Positions 35,212-45,669 of a stretch of 64,000 nt of DNA are shown one piece after another. The stretch is taken from assembly GCA_052034935.1 (NCBI GenBank), contig JBPOIB010000001.1, positions 74,746-138,745 of the forward strand. The letters run 5' to 3'. This stretch comes from Candidatus Moraniibacteriota bacterium (GTDB lineage Bacteria; Patescibacteriota; Minisyncoccia; Moranbacterales; UBA1568). Position numbers and translations under genes: made by a program. How positions within the stretch are numbered: the first letter of the stretch is position 1; the number at the start of each line of letters is the position of its first letter. Under the pieces are notes generated by a model. It had not been told where the DNA came from, made no database searches, and was given only the letters and a program-made list of their open reading frames with translations.

Positions 35212-36879
35212 ATGTTCTGCACCGATATCCCATCTCCAATTGCTCTTATTTTTTCGAGCAGCACGCCCACCTTGCTGTACTATTCGCATCTCCCGGTCAT
35301 TTTCACAGCGCTTATTGTGGGGTTGCTTGTCTACTCGAAGAATAAGAGCCTTGAGAGCAGACTTCTCCTGGCCTTGGTTTCACTCTTTTCTCTCTGGAAT
35401 TTTATCGACTTGATAAATTGGACGAACATCGACAGTCGGATAATCATGGTTTCTTGGACATTCATGAATTTTGTCTTCGTCCTCATCCCGGCGGTGGCCC
35501 TGTATTTTTCGTACGTCTTTCTTGAAAAGAAGGAGCCCCCGCTCTTCTTTTTTTTGGCGGGTATCATCCCGTTCTTCCCATTTGCATTTCTTTTACCAAC
35601 GAGTCTAAATCTGATCGGATTTGACCTGTCGATTTGTGAAGCGGTAGACGGTGAATTCAACTTCTACTTCCATCTTCTTCAGGCATTTTATTTCGCCTGG
35701 CTTATAGCCTTTCTGGTTTACCAGTGCATTAAGAACTGGCGGAACAATAGAAAACCAGTCATCCTCTTTTCATCGGGAATAGCCTTCTTTATCTCGAGTT
35801 TCTATGCAGGGAATCTTGTCGCGGATCTTCTGGACACATGGGAATTCGAGCAGTATGGTCTTTTCGGAATGCTTGTCTTTCTCACACTCCTCGTGATTAT
35901 GATTGTCAAATATGAGGCGTTCAATATCAAGATACTTGCGGCCCAGGCGCTCATGGGGGGATTCATCGTCCTGATTGGAGCTGAATATTTCTTTGTCTCT
36001 TCGACGACTGGTCTTGTTTTGACGACGATAACCTTTTTGCTAGCTGTTGTCTTTGCCTATTTCCTCATTCGTTCAGTGCGGCTCGAGATAGCACGCAAAG
36101 AGCAGTTGCAGGATATTGCCAACCGACTCTCCGTAGCTAATGCGGAACTGCATCGGCTCGATACAGCCAAGAGCGAGTTCATCTCAATCGCATCGCATCA
36201 ACTGCGGACGCCGCTGACTGCAATCAAGGGATTTGTTTCTCTTCTTCTCGAAGGAGCGTACGGCAAACTCGAGCCACCGGTTGCTGATACGCTCAACAAA
36301 GTCTACCTTGCCAATGCTCGCCTTATGAATCTGGTTGAGAATCTCCTCAATATTTCGCGAATCGAAGCGGGTCGCATTCAGTATCAGTTTGTGCCGACGC
36401 GGGTCGAAGAGCTCCTCGAGGAGCTTCGGGATATTTTCCAGTTGGCGGCCCACGAAAAAGGCATCACGCTTCAAATAGCTGTTCCGGAAAAGCCGCTTCC
36501 AATTCTCTCTCTCGACAGCGCTAAAATTCGCGAGGTTATCTCGAACGTAATTGACAATGCAATCAAGTACACCGAAACAGGTTCGGTCACCGTTGTTTCG
36601 GAACTCGTAGGGGAGAAAGTGATTATCACTGTTGCTGATACTGGGGTTGGTATCGATCCGGATGATTTACCGCACCTATTCCAAAAATTTGAACGTGGCA
36701 AGAATGCTGCCCAGATCAATGTCTCGAGCACTGGTCTCGGACTCTATGTCGGCAAGAACTTCATCGAGGCGCACGGCGGGACGATTCGGGCCGAGTCGGC
36801 TGGAAAGGGAAAGGGCTCCCGGTTTATCCTGGAGTTCCCGCTTCAGACGCTGAAGCTTGAAAAGAAGGCTCTGGGCTGA
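35212..36879 (+). CDS. Sensor histidine kinase with N-terminal multi-TM (7TM-like) sensor domain
   Basis: ~8 TM helices, then a HisKA H-box (EFISIASHQLRTPLTAIKG) and HATPase_c N/G boxes (NVIDNAIKYT, DTGVGID, GTGLGLYV). Confidence 0.85.
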   Translation: MFCTDIPSPIALIFSSSTPTLLYYSHLPVIFTALIVGLLVYSKNKSLESRLLLALVSLFSLWNFIDLINWTNIDSRIIMVSWTFMNFVFVLIPAVALYFSYVFLEKKEPPLFFFLAGIIPFFPFAFLLPTSLNLIGFDLSICEAVDGEFNFYFHLLQAFYFAWLIAFLVYQCIKNWRNNRKPVILFSSGIAFFISSFYAGNLVADLLDTWEFEQYGLFGMLVFLTLLVIMIVKYEAFNIKILAAQALMGGFIVLIGAEYFFVSSTTGLVLTTITFLLAVVFAYFLIRSVRLEIARKEQLQDIANRLSVANAELHRLDTAKSEFISIASHQLRTPLTAIKGFVSLLLEGAYGKLEPPVADTLNKVYLANARLMNLVENLLNISRIEAGRIQYQFVPTRVEELLEELRDIFQLAAHEKGITLQIAVPEKPLPILSLDSAKIREVISNVIDNAIKYTETGSVTVVSELVGEKVIITVADTGVGIDPDDLPHLFQKFERGKNAAQINVSSTGLGLYVGKNFIEAHGGTIRAESAGKGKGSRFILEFPLQTLKLEKKALG

Positions 36880-36919
36880 TACGCTCTAGACTGGCAGTTT
36901 CGAACTAATAACCATTGCT

Positions 36920-37753
36920 ATGCAAAGAATACTCCTTGTTGAAGATGATCCGTTCATTTCTGAGATTTACACAAAAAAGCTCGGATCATCAGGATTCGAG
37001 GTGATACCGGCGTTGACCGGCCGGGATGCGTTGAAGAAAATACAGGAAACGCCGTTCGACCTCGTCATGCTCGACATGGTTTTGCCGGAGCTCTCCGGTA
37101 TGGAGATTCTGCGCGAACTCCGGACGAATAAGGACTACGATGCGAATCTCAAAGTCGTCGTTTTCAGCAATCTCTCGGGACCTCAGGAGCGTCAGGATGC
37201 GGTTTCCGCTGGTGCGAACGGATTTATCTCAAAGACGGACTTCACCCCATCTGAAGTCGTCGTCGAGGTGAGGCGTTATCTCGAGCAGTTCGCTTCTCAA
37301 GCGAAAAACGCGGACCGAATCATTATCGAACCAAAGAGAGAGGTATCTTCGGTACCGACGGAGGAACAGACATCGAAGCGTATCCTCCTTATCGAAGATG
37401 AACCGGTGTTCATCGAGATGTTCGGCAAGGCATTGACGGACGCGGGATATACCGTTGTGACCGAGCGAAACGGTCAGAACGGGCTGGATCGGGCCAGGAC
37501 AGGAGAATTTGATCTCATCGTAACGGACCACCTCCTTCCGGTGGTGTCCGGCAAGGAGATTATTCAGGCTCTCCGAGGTGATGAAGCGTTCAAGTTTCTC
37601 CCTATCTTTCTTCTGACGGCCTCTCTGGAAGAGGAAGAGGTGAAAGATCTTCAGGCTTCGGGGGCGGTCAATCGTTCCTTCCTGAAGACTCAGGTGACAC
37701 CGAGCGAGCTTGCAGCAACAGTAGATTCATTTTTTTCCGGGCAAGCTTCCTAA
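36920..37753 (+). CDS. Response regulator with two tandem receiver domains and no output domain
   Basis: REC1 (ILLVEDDPF…DLVMLDMVLPELSG) and REC2 (ILLIEDEPVF…DLIVTDHLLPVVSG), each with an acceptor Asp and a conserved Lys. There is no DNA-binding or enzymatic domain. Confidence 0.8.
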   Translation: MQRILLVEDDPFISEIYTKKLGSSGFEVIPALTGRDALKKIQETPFDLVMLDMVLPELSGMEILRELRTNKDYDANLKVVVFSNLSGPQERQDAVSAGANGFISKTDFTPSEVVVEVRRYLEQFASQAKNADRIIIEPKREVSSVPTEEQTSKRILLIEDEPVFIEMFGKALTDAGYTVVTERNGQNGLDRARTGEFDLIVTDHLLPVVSGKEIIQALRGDEAFKFLPIFLLTASLEEEEVKDLQASGAVNRSFLKTQVTPSELAATVDSFFSGQAS

Positions 37754-37773
37754 ATATCTTGATTCGAATACAT

Positions 37774-39102
37774 ATGCAAGAACGAACGCTCGTGAGCGAA
37801 GCGGTTGGTAAGACGGGGGAGGTAATCGGGCTTTCCGGCTGGATTTCCGTTCGTCGCGACCATGGAAAGCTTATTTTCTTCGAACTGCGTGATCGGAGTG
37901 GCTCAGTGCAACTCGTTGTGACGCCGGAAAAAGCTGAAGTTATCGAAGCGGCCAAAGACGTACGGGTAGAGTACGCAGTTGCGGTATCCGGACTTGTCAA
38001 AGCCCGGCCAGCGAAAAAGGGTGCTGAGGTGGTACGTGCCACGGATCAGATCGAAATCGAAGTGATGGCCATATCGACCTTGAGCAAACCAACGGAAGAT
38101 CTCCCAATTGACGTCTCTTCACCGGAAATGAATCTCCAGTTGGAAACACTGCTTACCAATCGGACGGTCGCGCTCCGTAATCCGAAAATCCAGGCAATCT
38201 TCGGGATTTACAGCGCACTTCTCGAGGGGTACGCCGATTTCATGCGAAGCGAAGGCTTCCGGGAGATCAAGACGCCGAAAATCCTCTCAGCAGCAACTGA
38301 AGGTGGCGCAAACTTCTTCAAGATCAAATATTTCGATCGTGACGCCTATCTTGCCCAAAGTCCCCAATTTTACAAACAGGCCGGCATGAGCGCTTTTGAA
38401 CGTGTTTTCGAGATCGGGAGCGTTTTTCGGGCGGAGCCGAGCTATACGACTCGTCATGTGACTGAGTTCACCGGGCTCGACGCGGAAATGGGCTTCATCG
38501 ACAGTATGGAAGACGTCATGGCGATGCTCGAAAAAACAATGCATCATGTGATGCAGCATATCGGTGCGCGCTGTCAGCCGGAGCTCGCTTTGTACGGTGC
38601 GACGATCCCGGAACCGGTTGCGATTCCGCGCATCCGACTTTCCGAAGCGTTCGAGATTCTGAAGCAAGAATATGGTAAAGAATTAGAGGAGGGTGATATC
38701 GACAGCGAGGGAGAGCGGATGATTGGGGAATATGTGAAGGAGAAGTATCACTCGGATTTCGTCTTCCTGACCCACTATCCGACGGCTACTCGCGCGTTCT
38801 ATAGCTTGCCCAGTCCGGAAAACTCAAAGCTCTGTGAATCGTATGATCTCGTTTTCCGTGGTGTTGAGATTGCTTCAGGTGCACAGCGCGTCCATGACTA
38901 TGTTCAGTTGAGGGAGATTATCGAAGGACGTGGACTCGATCCGGAAGCCTTCAAGGACTATCTCGATATCTTCAAATATGGCGCTCCGCCGCATGGCGGC
39001 TGGGGTCTCGGAAGCGAGCGCATCGTCCAGAAGCTGCTTGGTCTCGCTTCTATTAAAGAAGCGATTCTCTACCCGCGCGATGTGAAGCGGCTCACCCCCT
39101 AG
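37774..39102 (+). CDS. aspS: Aspartyl-tRNA synthetase, archaeal/eukaryotic-type (class IIb, ~440 aa)
   Basis: An OB-fold N-domain and motif 2 FRAEPSYTTRHVTEFTGLDAEMGF, which is closer to archaeal AspRS (…D.EM.F) than to AsnRS. Motif 3 is GGWGLGSERI. The start is at ATG 37774; the track ORF starts at an upstream TTG. Confidence 0.75.
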   Translation: MQERTLVSEAVGKTGEVIGLSGWISVRRDHGKLIFFELRDRSGSVQLVVTPEKAEVIEAAKDVRVEYAVAVSGLVKARPAKKGAEVVRATDQIEIEVMAISTLSKPTEDLPIDVSSPEMNLQLETLLTNRTVALRNPKIQAIFGIYSALLEGYADFMRSEGFREIKTPKILSAATEGGANFFKIKYFDRDAYLAQSPQFYKQAGMSAFERVFEIGSVFRAEPSYTTRHVTEFTGLDAEMGFIDSMEDVMAMLEKTMHHVMQHIGARCQPELALYGATIPEPVAIPRIRLSEAFEILKQEYGKELEEGDIDSEGERMIGEYVKEKYHSDFVFLTHYPTATRAFYSLPSPENSKLCESYDLVFRGVEIASGAQRVHDYVQLREIIEGRGLDPEAFKDYLDIFKYGAPPHGGWGLGSERIVQKLLGLASIKEAILYPRDVKRLTP

Positions 39103-39168
39103 AGTTCGCTTGAGCCGGGAGGTAATTTCAGCTATGATAGGGGAATCCTTTTAGACCCCTTTTTTGCT

Positions 39169-40254
39169 ATGCCTGCATCCTGGACTCTCTTTTTGAAAAA
39201 CCTGTATGGCCGGTTTTTTGGGAATTTGACCCAGGATATCGGAATTGATCTCGGAACGGCGAATACACTGGTCTATGTCCGTGGCCGAGGCATTGTCATT
39301 AATGAGCCATCCGTTGTTGCTATCAATCAGCGGACCGGACAGATTCTTGCAATCGGCCGGGAGGCAAAAAAGATGGTTGGCAAGACGCCGGGTCATATCG
39401 TCGCAATTCGGCCCCTTGTCGATGGTGTCGTTTCGGATTTCGAGATCACTCAGCAGATGCTCCGCTACTTCATCGGCAAGGTGACGGAAGGAAGCTTCAA
39501 GTTTCTCCGTCGCCCTCGCGTGCTTATCGGTATCCCGTCAGGCGTGACGGAAGTAGAAAAGCGCGCCGTGATCGAAGCGGCGATGAATGCCGGTGCTCGT
39601 CAGGCTTTCCTTATCGATGAGCCGATGGCGGCGGCGATTGGCGGCCGGCTACCGGTTATCGATGCGGCCGGTAACATGGTCGTCGATATCGGTGGCGGAA
39701 CGACCGAAATAGCAGTGATCTCTCTCGGCGGCGTCGTCATCGCGCGCAGCCTCCGGATCGCGGGCGATGAAATGAATGAAGACATCATCCGGTATTCTCG
39801 TGATGAGTTCAATCTGCTCGTTGGTGAACGGACAGCCGAAGACGTCAAGATCGCGATCGGTAGTGCCTTTCCTCTGAAAGAGCGTCTCCAGTATTCGATC
39901 CGTGGGCGTGACCTTGTTTCAGGTCTGCCGAAAGAGGTTGTCATCACGGATGAGCATGTCCGCGAGGCACTTTCGCGCTCGATCCGTATTATCGTGAATA
40001 ATATCAAAACACTCATCGAGGAAACTCCACCCGAACTTATTTCCGATATCATGCAGCGTGGCATAGTCATCTCGGGCGGCGGCAGTCTCATCCGCGGCCT
40101 CGACAGGCTTATTGCCAGTCAGACGGGGATTCCAGTGAAACTGGTTGATGATCCGTTAACTGCCGTGGTCCGAGGTACCGGCATCGTGCTCGATGACATG
40201 GACACGCTCAAGGATGTCTTGATCGAGGACGAGCGGGGCGGACCGTTAAAGTAA
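39169..40254 (+). CDS. mreB: Rod shape-determining protein MreB
   Basis: Actin-fold motifs (DIGIDLGTANTLVYV, DIGGGTTEIAVIS, VISGGGSLIRGLD) with a ~20-aa N-terminal extension. Confidence 0.9.
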   Translation: MPASWTLFLKNLYGRFFGNLTQDIGIDLGTANTLVYVRGRGIVINEPSVVAINQRTGQILAIGREAKKMVGKTPGHIVAIRPLVDGVVSDFEITQQMLRYFIGKVTEGSFKFLRRPRVLIGIPSGVTEVEKRAVIEAAMNAGARQAFLIDEPMAAAIGGRLPVIDAAGNMVVDIGGGTTEIAVISLGGVVIARSLRIAGDEMNEDIIRYSRDEFNLLVGERTAEDVKIAIGSAFPLKERLQYSIRGRDLVSGLPKEVVITDEHVREALSRSIRIIVNNIKTLIEETPPELISDIMQRGIVISGGGSLIRGLDRLIASQTGIPVKLVDDPLTAVVRGTGIVLDDMDTLKDVLIEDERGGPLK

Positions 40255-40261
40255 TATATCC

Positions 40262-41083
40262 ATGAGAAGGGAAGAATCTTTTTTCCGCAGAAACAGCGTC
40301 CGGGCGGTGGGAGCGGTGTTTTTTATCTGGGTGATTGCTCTCATTCTTCCGGAGAGCATAACGAAAAGCCTGAAGCATATCATCGCTCCAATCGCGGCTC
40401 CAATCGAGGGTGTTATGGCCTGGACCGCATTCGAAATCCGTGACCTATCATCTTTTCTTTCTTCGATTGGCGACCTGAAGCGTGAGAACGAGCGTCTGGA
40501 AACGGAGCGGTTAGTTCTTTCTCAAAATAACGGCCGTCTCCGTGAGCTTGAGGAAGAAAATCGTTTGCTCCGCGAAGCGCTTCGTCTCCCTCTTGATACG
40601 GAGCTCGCGGCCATACCGGCCGAAGTCATCGGCCGCGATCTGAATGGTGTCTCGATGAGCCTGATACTCAATCGAGGCAGTGTTGATGGTGTCGAGATGG
40701 GGATGGCGGTCGTGGTTGGAACCGGAAACTTAATCGGACGTATCGTCGCGGTGCATCTGACGAGCGCGGAGGTCCGTCTTTTGTCACATGCCGAGAGTAC
40801 GGTCGCAGCCCGGATTGCCGGTTCCTCGATCCAAGGAGTGATTCGTGGCGACCACGGCCTCGGTCTTGTCTTTGATATGGCGCTTTCGGGGGAGGCACTT
40901 GAGCCCGGGGCGCCACTCATCACTTCGGGTCTGGGTGATGCTTTGCCGAAAGGTCTCGTCATCGGAGAAATCCGGGAAGTCCGTCCATCGGCCGACCGGC
41001 TTTTTCAGCAGGCGACGGTGGCCGTACCGGTTGCCTTCAGTGATGTCCGCTACGCTTCCATCATCAAACGCTCTTCACCATGA
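40262..41083 (+). CDS. mreC: Rod shape-determining protein MreC
   Basis: An N-terminal TM, a coiled coil, and a beta-rich C-terminus, immediately downstream of mreB. Confidence 0.8.
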   Translation: MRREESFFRRNSVRAVGAVFFIWVIALILPESITKSLKHIIAPIAAPIEGVMAWTAFEIRDLSSFLSSIGDLKRENERLETERLVLSQNNGRLRELEEENRLLREALRLPLDTELAAIPAEVIGRDLNGVSMSLILNRGSVDGVEMGMAVVVGTGNLIGRIVAVHLTSAEVRLLSHAESTVAARIAGSSIQGVIRGDHGLGLVFDMALSGEALEPGAPLITSGLGDALPKGLVIGEIREVRPSADRLFQQATVAVPVAFSDVRYASIIKRSSP

Positions 41084-41586
41084 GTATTTTCGTCCAACGT
41101 TCGGCGCTTTTTCTTGTCCTTGCTGTCTTCCAGTACTCATTCCTCGATATTCTGTGGCCGTCGTTTCCTGCTCCGGCTGCCATGATTGCTCTCATTGTGT
41201 CGCAGGTTTTTCTGAACGGTTTCGAGAAGGGCGGCCTCTGGTCGCTTTTTGCCGTCGGACTTTTTCTTCTTCTTGGTCAGAGCGATCATATTTTCGTTCT
41301 GTTTGGAGTCCTTATCGCCTACGGGACGGGCTTTCTCTCTCGCCGACTGGTCATCGAGCGTCCGGTCCAGACGAGCTTTCTCCTCGCCTGCACGAGCGCC
41401 GGATTCGCTGCAACGTATATAATTGTGATAGTCTTGTTTTTCCAACATCCGCTGGTAGTGTGGTCACTCTTCGGAAATATTCTTCAGACTCTTTTTGTCT
41501 TCCCGGTCATTTTCTTTATTCTAACAACATGGGAAAGATATGTGAGGGAAAGCGCAATGTCTGAATTCCGCGGGCTGCGGACCTGA
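41080..41586 (+). CDS. mreD: Rod shape-determining protein MreD (polytopic membrane)
   Basis: A 168-aa hydrophobic protein overlapping the mreC stop. Position and size fit MreD. Confidence 0.65.
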   Translation: MSIFVQRSALFLVLAVFQYSFLDILWPSFPAPAAMIALIVSQVFLNGFEKGGLWSLFAVGLFLLLGQSDHIFVLFGVLIAYGTGFLSRRLVIERPVQTSFLLACTSAGFAATYIIVIVLFFQHPLVVWSLFGNILQTLFVFPVIFFILTTWERYVRESAMSEFRGLRT

Positions 41587-41591
41587 AATCT

Positions 41592-43460
41592 ATGTTTTTC
41601 TCTCGTAATACCCGCCGTCAATATGACGCGACAGAAATCGATGATGCTGTTCTGACGCTGTCTCGGCCGGAGGCAGCACGCATCGAATGGGCGCTTCAGA
41701 GGTCGCCGGTCCGATTCTTTTTCTTTGCTGCCTGCTTTGGCCTGCTTCTTCTCGGCGGACGACTCGTCTATCTCAATGTCCTGAAGGGCGGATACTATGG
41801 AGAGATAGCAGCGCGCAATAGTCTTCGATCGATCATCCTGGCTGCTCCGCGCGGCATCATCTTCGACCGTTTTGGTGAACCGCTCGTGAAGAATACGCCC
41901 AGTCTGGATGGTTTGGTGATTCCGGCCTCATTGCCGCAGGACCCCGCGCTTCGTGATCAGGTGCTCTCGCTCGCGGAAAGTATTTTTCAGCCAGAGACCG
42001 GAGCATGGCGCGAAGCGGTCCTCCAGCAGGATTTTCGACCGGGCGAGGCGCTTATTATCCGCCAGGATATTTCTCAGGAACAAGCAATCATCTACTACAG
42101 CCAGGCGAATGCTCTTCCCGGAATTGGGCTTCAGAAATCAGCGCGCCGTGAGTATATCAACGGCCCGATGTTCGCGCACGTGCTCGGATACGAAGGTAAA
42201 ATCAGGAAGGAGGAGCTTGATGAGAATCCGGACTATCTTTTTACTGATTCGATCGGTAAACAGGGAGTAGAGCGTTCGTACGAATCACTGCTCCGCGGAA
42301 CACATGGGCGCGAGATAGTCGAAGTGGATTCGCTCGGAAGAATCCAGAAGGAGCTCGGCATTGTTCCGCCGAAACCGGGTCAGGATATCTCGCTCACTCT
42401 CGACAAGGGTCTTTCAGAAAAGATTTACACGACGCTCGCTGACTGGTTTGTGGCAAATGATCTGAAGGCGGGGGCTGCAATCGCGCTTGATCCGCGCTCA
42501 GGCGCAATCCGGGCACTCATCTCCTATCCGAGCTACGATAATAATCTCTTTTCAGGCGGCATCGAGCAGTCGGCCTACGCGAAGCTTATCACTGACGAGA
42601 AAAGACCGCTCTTCAATCGGGCGATCGGGGGCGAGTATCCGCCTGGGTCGACTATCAAGCCGGTATTGGCTGCCGCCGCGCTCGCCGAGGGAGTGGTAAC
42701 ACCGGAGACAGTCATCGAGAGCCGGGGTGGAATCAGTGTCGGCCAATCATTCTTCGGCGACTGGAAAGCGCATGGCTTCACTGATCTGCGCCGGGCAATC
42801 GCGGTCTCGAGTGATGTCTACTTTTACTCGATTGGCGGCGGTTATGGCGGGATTCGAGGACTTGGTATGGAGCGGATGAAACGTTATGAAGAATACTTCG
42901 GTTATGGGCGGAAAACTGGCATCGATCTGCCGAGCGAAGCGGACGGTCTCTTGCCGGATCCGGAATGGAAGCGTCAGAAAATCGGTGAGCGTTGGTATAT
43001 CGGTGACGACTATAATGCTTCAATCGGGCAGGGATACGTCACCGCAACACCGCTCCAGATCCTGAATTCGATTGCGACAATCGCCAATGGCGGGACACGC
43101 TACACGCCTCATGTCCGAGCGTCATCTGATACGAGCGATCCGGACTTCCCGAAAGAAAGTGTTGCTGTCCCCGCAGATATCCTTCGCGTCGTCCGGGAAG
43201 GGATGCGTGAAACAGTGACCGAAGGGACAGCTCAGTCGCTTCAATCTCTGCCGGTCGCGGTAGCTGGAAAGACGGGGACGGCACAGTACGGTGGTAAAGA
43301 AAATACGCATGGCTGGTTCGTCTCCTTCGCGCCCTATGAGAACCCGGAGCTGGCGCTCATTGTTCTTGTCGAGGGTCAGGAAAAAGACAGTACCTATCAT
43401 GCAGTCCCGATTACGCAGGCGATCTATGAGTGGTACTTCAATCGTGAAAAAAAGCTTTAG
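41592..43460 (+). CDS. mrdA: Penicillin-binding protein 2 (elongasome transpeptidase)
   Basis: A PBP dimerisation domain, then transpeptidase motifs STIKP, SSD(V), and KTGTA. It follows mreD. Confidence 0.85.
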   Translation: MFFSRNTRRQYDATEIDDAVLTLSRPEAARIEWALQRSPVRFFFFAACFGLLLLGGRLVYLNVLKGGYYGEIAARNSLRSIILAAPRGIIFDRFGEPLVKNTPSLDGLVIPASLPQDPALRDQVLSLAESIFQPETGAWREAVLQQDFRPGEALIIRQDISQEQAIIYYSQANALPGIGLQKSARREYINGPMFAHVLGYEGKIRKEELDENPDYLFTDSIGKQGVERSYESLLRGTHGREIVEVDSLGRIQKELGIVPPKPGQDISLTLDKGLSEKIYTTLADWFVANDLKAGAAIALDPRSGAIRALISYPSYDNNLFSGGIEQSAYAKLITDEKRPLFNRAIGGEYPPGSTIKPVLAAAALAEGVVTPETVIESRGGISVGQSFFGDWKAHGFTDLRRAIAVSSDVYFYSIGGGYGGIRGLGMERMKRYEEYFGYGRKTGIDLPSEADGLLPDPEWKRQKIGERWYIGDDYNASIGQGYVTATPLQILNSIATIANGGTRYTPHVRASSDTSDPDFPKESVAVPADILRVVREGMRETVTEGTAQSLQSLPVAVAGKTGTAQYGGKENTHGWFVSFAPYENPELALIVLVEGQEKDSTYHAVPITQAIYEWYFNREKKL

Positions 43461-43480
43461 CTAAGCCAGAAAATCAAGAG

Positions 43481-43509
43481 TTGACAGTGGCTGATAGCTG
43501 TAGTAGGAT
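43481..43509 (+). promoter_or_regulatory. Sigma70-like promoter TTGACA-N17-TAGGAT for greA
   Basis: A consensus -35 at 43481-86 and a -10 at 43504-09, ~60 nt upstream of the greA ATG. Confidence 0.4.
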
Positions 43510-43569
43510 GGGTGGCATCGTGTGACTCTGAAAGAAATAAAAAGTCCAATCCACTAGAAGTTTGAAACT

Positions 43570-44025
43570 ATGTCCCGAATATTCACTGAAGAAGGTCTGA
43601 AGAAGCTTGAGCAAGAACTTGAAGACCGTAAGACACGTGTCCGTCAGGAGATCGCGCATTCGATTAAAGAAGCTAAAGAACAGGGCGACCTCTCGGAGAA
43701 CGCCGAGTACACTGAGGCGAAGCGTCACCAGAATGAGAATGAGACTCGGATTGCCGAGGTTGAAGCCTTGATCAAGGAATCGGTGGTCGCTGTCCCGCAC
43801 AAGAAATCATCCAAAGTCCAGGTCGGCTCGAAGGTTTCAGTGAAGGTGCAGAGCAAGGAGATGGAGTTCGAGATTGTCGGCGCGAACGAGGTTGACCCGT
43901 CGAACGGAAAGATTTCGAGCGAGTCGCCGCTTGGCAAGGAATTCATGGGCAAAGAGAAGGGCGAGACCGTGACGGTCGCTGCTCCGGCTGGACACATCAA
44001 ATACGAGATTCTCTCGGTGAAATAA
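43570..44025 (+). CDS. greA: Transcription elongation factor GreA
   Basis: The N-terminal coiled-coil signature GDLSENAEY is followed by an FKBP-like C-domain. Confidence 0.85.
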   Translation: MSRIFTEEGLKKLEQELEDRKTRVRQEIAHSIKEAKEQGDLSENAEYTEAKRHQNENETRIAEVEALIKESVVAVPHKKSSKVQVGSKVSVKVQSKEMEFEIVGANEVDPSNGKISSESPLGKEFMGKEKGETVTVAAPAGHIKYEILSVK

Positions 44026-44049
44026 TCAAGGTTGTCCTTGTCTCTTCTT

Positions 44050-44072
44050 CCGCCCGAAAGGGCGGTTTTTCT
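44050..44072 (+). terminator. Rho-independent terminator after greA
   Basis: CCGCCC-gaaa-GGGCGG followed by TTTTT. Confidence 0.65.
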
Positions 44073-44101
44073 TTCTTTGACGCTTGCTTTGAGCCAAAAA
44101 A

Positions 44102-45601
44102 ATGGGTAGAGTGGACTATATGCGCGAAGATATTCTTGCTGTAAAACATGAGAAATTAGCCAAGCTGGTTTCAGCGGCCGGCACCGCTTACCCTGAAAAA
44201 GCATTCCGGACTCATACGAACCAGGAAGTACTTGAACGTTTCGACGAATTCAATGGTACCGCCACACAGGTTTCTGTGGTTGGTCGCTTGCGATCACTCC
44301 GAACGATGGGTAAGATTGCTTTTTGTCATGTCGAGGACGGGAGTGGAAAAATACAGGGATTTTTCTCGCAGGAAATGCTTGCCCCGGTTGATGTGCCACA
44401 AGATAAGGACACATTTACCCTTTTTAAAGAAACCGTGGAACTCGGAGATTTCATCTCAATGACGGGCACGGTGTTTCTGACGAAACAGAACGAGAAAAGC
44501 ATCCGTGTCGAGAATTGGCAGATGCTTTCGAAATCGCTCCTTCCGCTCCCGACCGAGTTCTATGGCCTGAAGGATGAAGAGGAGCTGCTTCGTCGACGTT
44601 ATCTGGATCTGGTGATGAATCCGGAGATCCGCGAGCTTTTTGTGAAGAAAAACGCGTTCTGGCAGACGGTGCGTGGCTTTCTCGCGAAGCGGAATTTCCT
44701 CGAAGTGCAGACACCGGTGCTTGAACATGTACCGGGTGGAGCGGAGGCGGAACCGTTCATTACGCATCATCATGCCCTTGATCAGGATTTCTACCTGCGC
44801 ATCTCGCTCGAACTCCCGCTGAAGCGGCTCCTCGTGGGTGGTTATGAACGCGTGTTCGAAATCGGCCGTGTTTTCCGAAACGAAGGTATCGACCGTGAAC
44901 ATCTCCAGGAATTTGACCACATTGAGTTCTACAGCGCCTACACCGATTTTGAGACCGGCTGTGCCATGGTCGAGGAGCTCTATCGAGAAATCGTCCGAGC
45001 GGTGGCTGGAGACGGACTGACAACGACCCATGAAGGCGAGACACTCGATTGGTCCAAGCCGTTTCCGCGCGTCGATTACTTCGAAGCGTTCCAGAAAGAA
45101 ACCGGACTCGATCTGTCGGAAGATATTTCGGTCGAGATACTTCGCGCCAAAGCGGACGAGCTCCATATCAAATATGAGGAATCAGCCGGTAAAGGCCGGC
45201 TCATCGACACCATCTACAAGAAGACGGTTCGTCAGAAATTGATTCAGCCCTGCATCCTAGTCGGCCACCCAGTCGAGGTATCGCCCTTGGCGAAGCTTGA
45301 TCCGGCGAATTCTCGCCGTACGCTTCGTATGCAGCCGATTGCAGGGCGAAGTGAACTGGGTAATGGTTTCGCCGAGCTCAATGATCCGATTGACCAACGA
45401 TCTCGTTTTGAGGCGCAAATGAAGCTGCGTGAGGCGGGTGACGGTGAAGCCCAGATGCTTGATGAAGATTTTCTCGAGGCGCTCGAGTATGGGATGCCGC
45501 CAGCCTTCGGCTTTGGAATGAGCGAACGACTCTTTGCCGTGCTCATGAACAAAAGCGTTCGGGAGACGGTCATCTTCCCACCAATGAAGGAAAAAGGGTA
45601 G
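44102..45601 (+). CDS. lysS: Lysyl-tRNA synthetase, class II
   Basis: An OB anticodon-binding domain and class IIb motifs (FRNEGID…, GGLGIGIDR-like GFGMSERL). Confidence 0.9.
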   Translation: MGRVDYMREDILAVKHEKLAKLVSAAGTAYPEKAFRTHTNQEVLERFDEFNGTATQVSVVGRLRSLRTMGKIAFCHVEDGSGKIQGFFSQEMLAPVDVPQDKDTFTLFKETVELGDFISMTGTVFLTKQNEKSIRVENWQMLSKSLLPLPTEFYGLKDEEELLRRRYLDLVMNPEIRELFVKKNAFWQTVRGFLAKRNFLEVQTPVLEHVPGGAEAEPFITHHHALDQDFYLRISLELPLKRLLVGGYERVFEIGRVFRNEGIDREHLQEFDHIEFYSAYTDFETGCAMVEELYREIVRAVAGDGLTTTHEGETLDWSKPFPRVDYFEAFQKETGLDLSEDISVEILRAKADELHIKYEESAGKGRLIDTIYKKTVRQKLIQPCILVGHPVEVSPLAKLDPANSRRTLRMQPIAGRSELGNGFAELNDPIDQRSRFEAQMKLREAGDGEAQMLDEDFLEALEYGMPPAFGFGMSERLFAVLMNKSVRETVIFPPMKEKG

Positions 45602-45669
45602 ACAGCTGCTCGGGAAAACGCTAGATTGAGAGCGGTCCGGTGCTTTCTGGCGGAGGGAGACGAAAATTT

